DNA of 64,000 bases, from contig CM059431.1 in the NCBI GenBank assembly GCA_030390025.1, forward strand, positions 120,406,001-120,470,000. Reading direction: 5' to 3'. Both the position numbers and the translations under genes were made by a program. Below are positions 62,908 through 64,000 of the stretch, one piece after another. The notes under the pieces are model-generated. The model had not been told where the DNA came from, did not search any database, and was given only the letters and a program-made list of their open reading frames with translations. The stretch's first letter is position 1, and the number at the start of each line of letters is the position of its first letter. The DNA comes from Squalus acanthias (lineage: Eukaryota).

Positions 62908-64000
62908 TTACGCAAATCTGGCATGGATGAGTGCATCCCTCGCCTGACGGCCAGCAATGTGGTCGCATGCTGCTGCATTGGCCACATCCGGCCCTGCAAG
63001 GCATGCCTCCTCCCCCTCGTCCTCATCCTCGTCCTCCCCCTCCTCCTTGGCCTCCTCCTCGTCCTCTTCCTCCTCATCCTCCTCCTCTTCTTCCGAGGAG
63101 GCTCTGTGCTGAGCCACTTGATCCTCAGGCAGCGCTAAGCCACGCTGCTGTGCGATGTTGTGCAGGGCACAGCAGACGATGATGATTCTGGACACCCTTG
63201 TTGGTGCATACTGCAGGGCTCCACCAGATCTGTCGAGACATCGGAATCACATTTTGAGCAAGCCGATGGTTTGCTTTATGATGTTTCTGGTGGTAAAGTG
63301 GCTCACATTGTACCGCTCCTCAGCCTCGTTTGATGGCCTCCTCATCAGTGTCATGAGCCACTTTTTCAGGGGATAGCCCTTGTCACCAAGGTAATGGTAG
63401 CATAGTTGTTATGTTACTGGACTAGTAATCCAGAGGCCTGGACTAATGATCCAGAGACGTGAGTTCAAATCCCACCACAGCAGCTGGGGAATTTAAATTC
63501 AGTTAATTAAATAAATCTGGAACAAAAAGCTAGTATCAGTAATGGTGACCACGAAACTATCGGATTGTTGTAAAAACCCATCTGGTTCACTTATGTCCTT
63601 TAGGAAGGAAATCTGCCATCCTTACCTGGTCTGGCCTGTATGTGACTCCAGACCCACAGCAATGTGGTTGACTCTAAACTGCCCTCTGAAATGGCTCACC
63701 ACCACCTTCTCGAGGGTAACTAGGGATGGGCATAAATGCTGGCCTTTCCAGCGATGCCCACATCCCATGAACGAACAAAAAAAAAAGTAGCCATCTGGAA
63801 AGTTGTGTTGGCGGATTGAAGAGCTGAGGCACAGTAGACTGCCGCAGGATGAACGAGTCATGGCAACTGCCAGGGTACTTTTCAAAAACATGCATGATGA
63901 ACTTCCTGTGGTTACACACCAGCTGGACGTTAAGGGAGTGGAATCCTTGCGGTTGACAAAAGCAGTTGGGTTGTGATGGCGTGCCCTAATGTGTGCAGTC
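62908..64000 (-). pseudogene. HARBI1-type transposase (C-terminal part), split by a SINE
   Basis: [63 protein letters not shown], acidic tail. Confidence 0.92.
63391..63784 (+). mobile_element. Near full-length tRNA-derived SINE with a LINE-derived 3' tail
   Basis: A-box-like TGGTAGCATAGTTG, B-box GAGTTCAAATCCC (63461-63473), A tail, AAG duplicated; last ~80 nt match 1469-1550. Confidence 0.9.

Larger units (their letters stand above)
60473..64000. mobile_element. PIF/Harbinger transposon related to 40755-44810, opposite orientation, running off the window
   Basis: TIR-like start GGCCGCAAATTTA; convergent Myb (+) and transposase (-) genes. Confidence 0.88.

Noticed and set aside
63391..63480. 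tRNA gene
   Set aside because: A/B-box-like motifs without a convincing cloverleaf; it is the head of a SINE.

Overview
Eukaryotic, repeat-dense, apparently non-genic (intergenic or intronic) DNA. The repeat mix suggests a cartilaginous fish; this is inferred from the repeat families, not demonstrated. I recognised no host protein-coding exon, rRNA, tRNA or CRISPR array, and every ORF I could recognise in the track is a transposon fragment. Contents: (1) about seven degenerate PIF/Harbinger DNA transposons or remnants carrying a HARBI1-type DDE transposase and/or a three-exon Myb/SANT gene, one complete with TIRs and TSD (40755-44810), plus many Harbinger-type non-autonomous elements/MITEs with 3-bp TSDs; (2) CR1, L2 and another CR1/Jockey-group LINE, including a young CR1 with an otherwise open ~830-codon ORF2; (3) Penelope-like elements (RT + GIY-YIG) and short derivatives whose pseudo-LTRs carry minimal hammerhead-ribozyme motifs of two sequence families with compensatory stem changes; (4) tRNA-derived SINEs and TG..CA solo-LTR-like elements; (5) several multi-level nested insertions. 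The best leads are the ~100-200 bp hammerhead-containing insertions, a CR1 copy that looks retrotransposed from a spliced RNA, and an ORF-less Harbinger-type family that conserves palindromes and a 91-92 nt intron-like unit. Coordinates were counted by eye and may be a few bases off.
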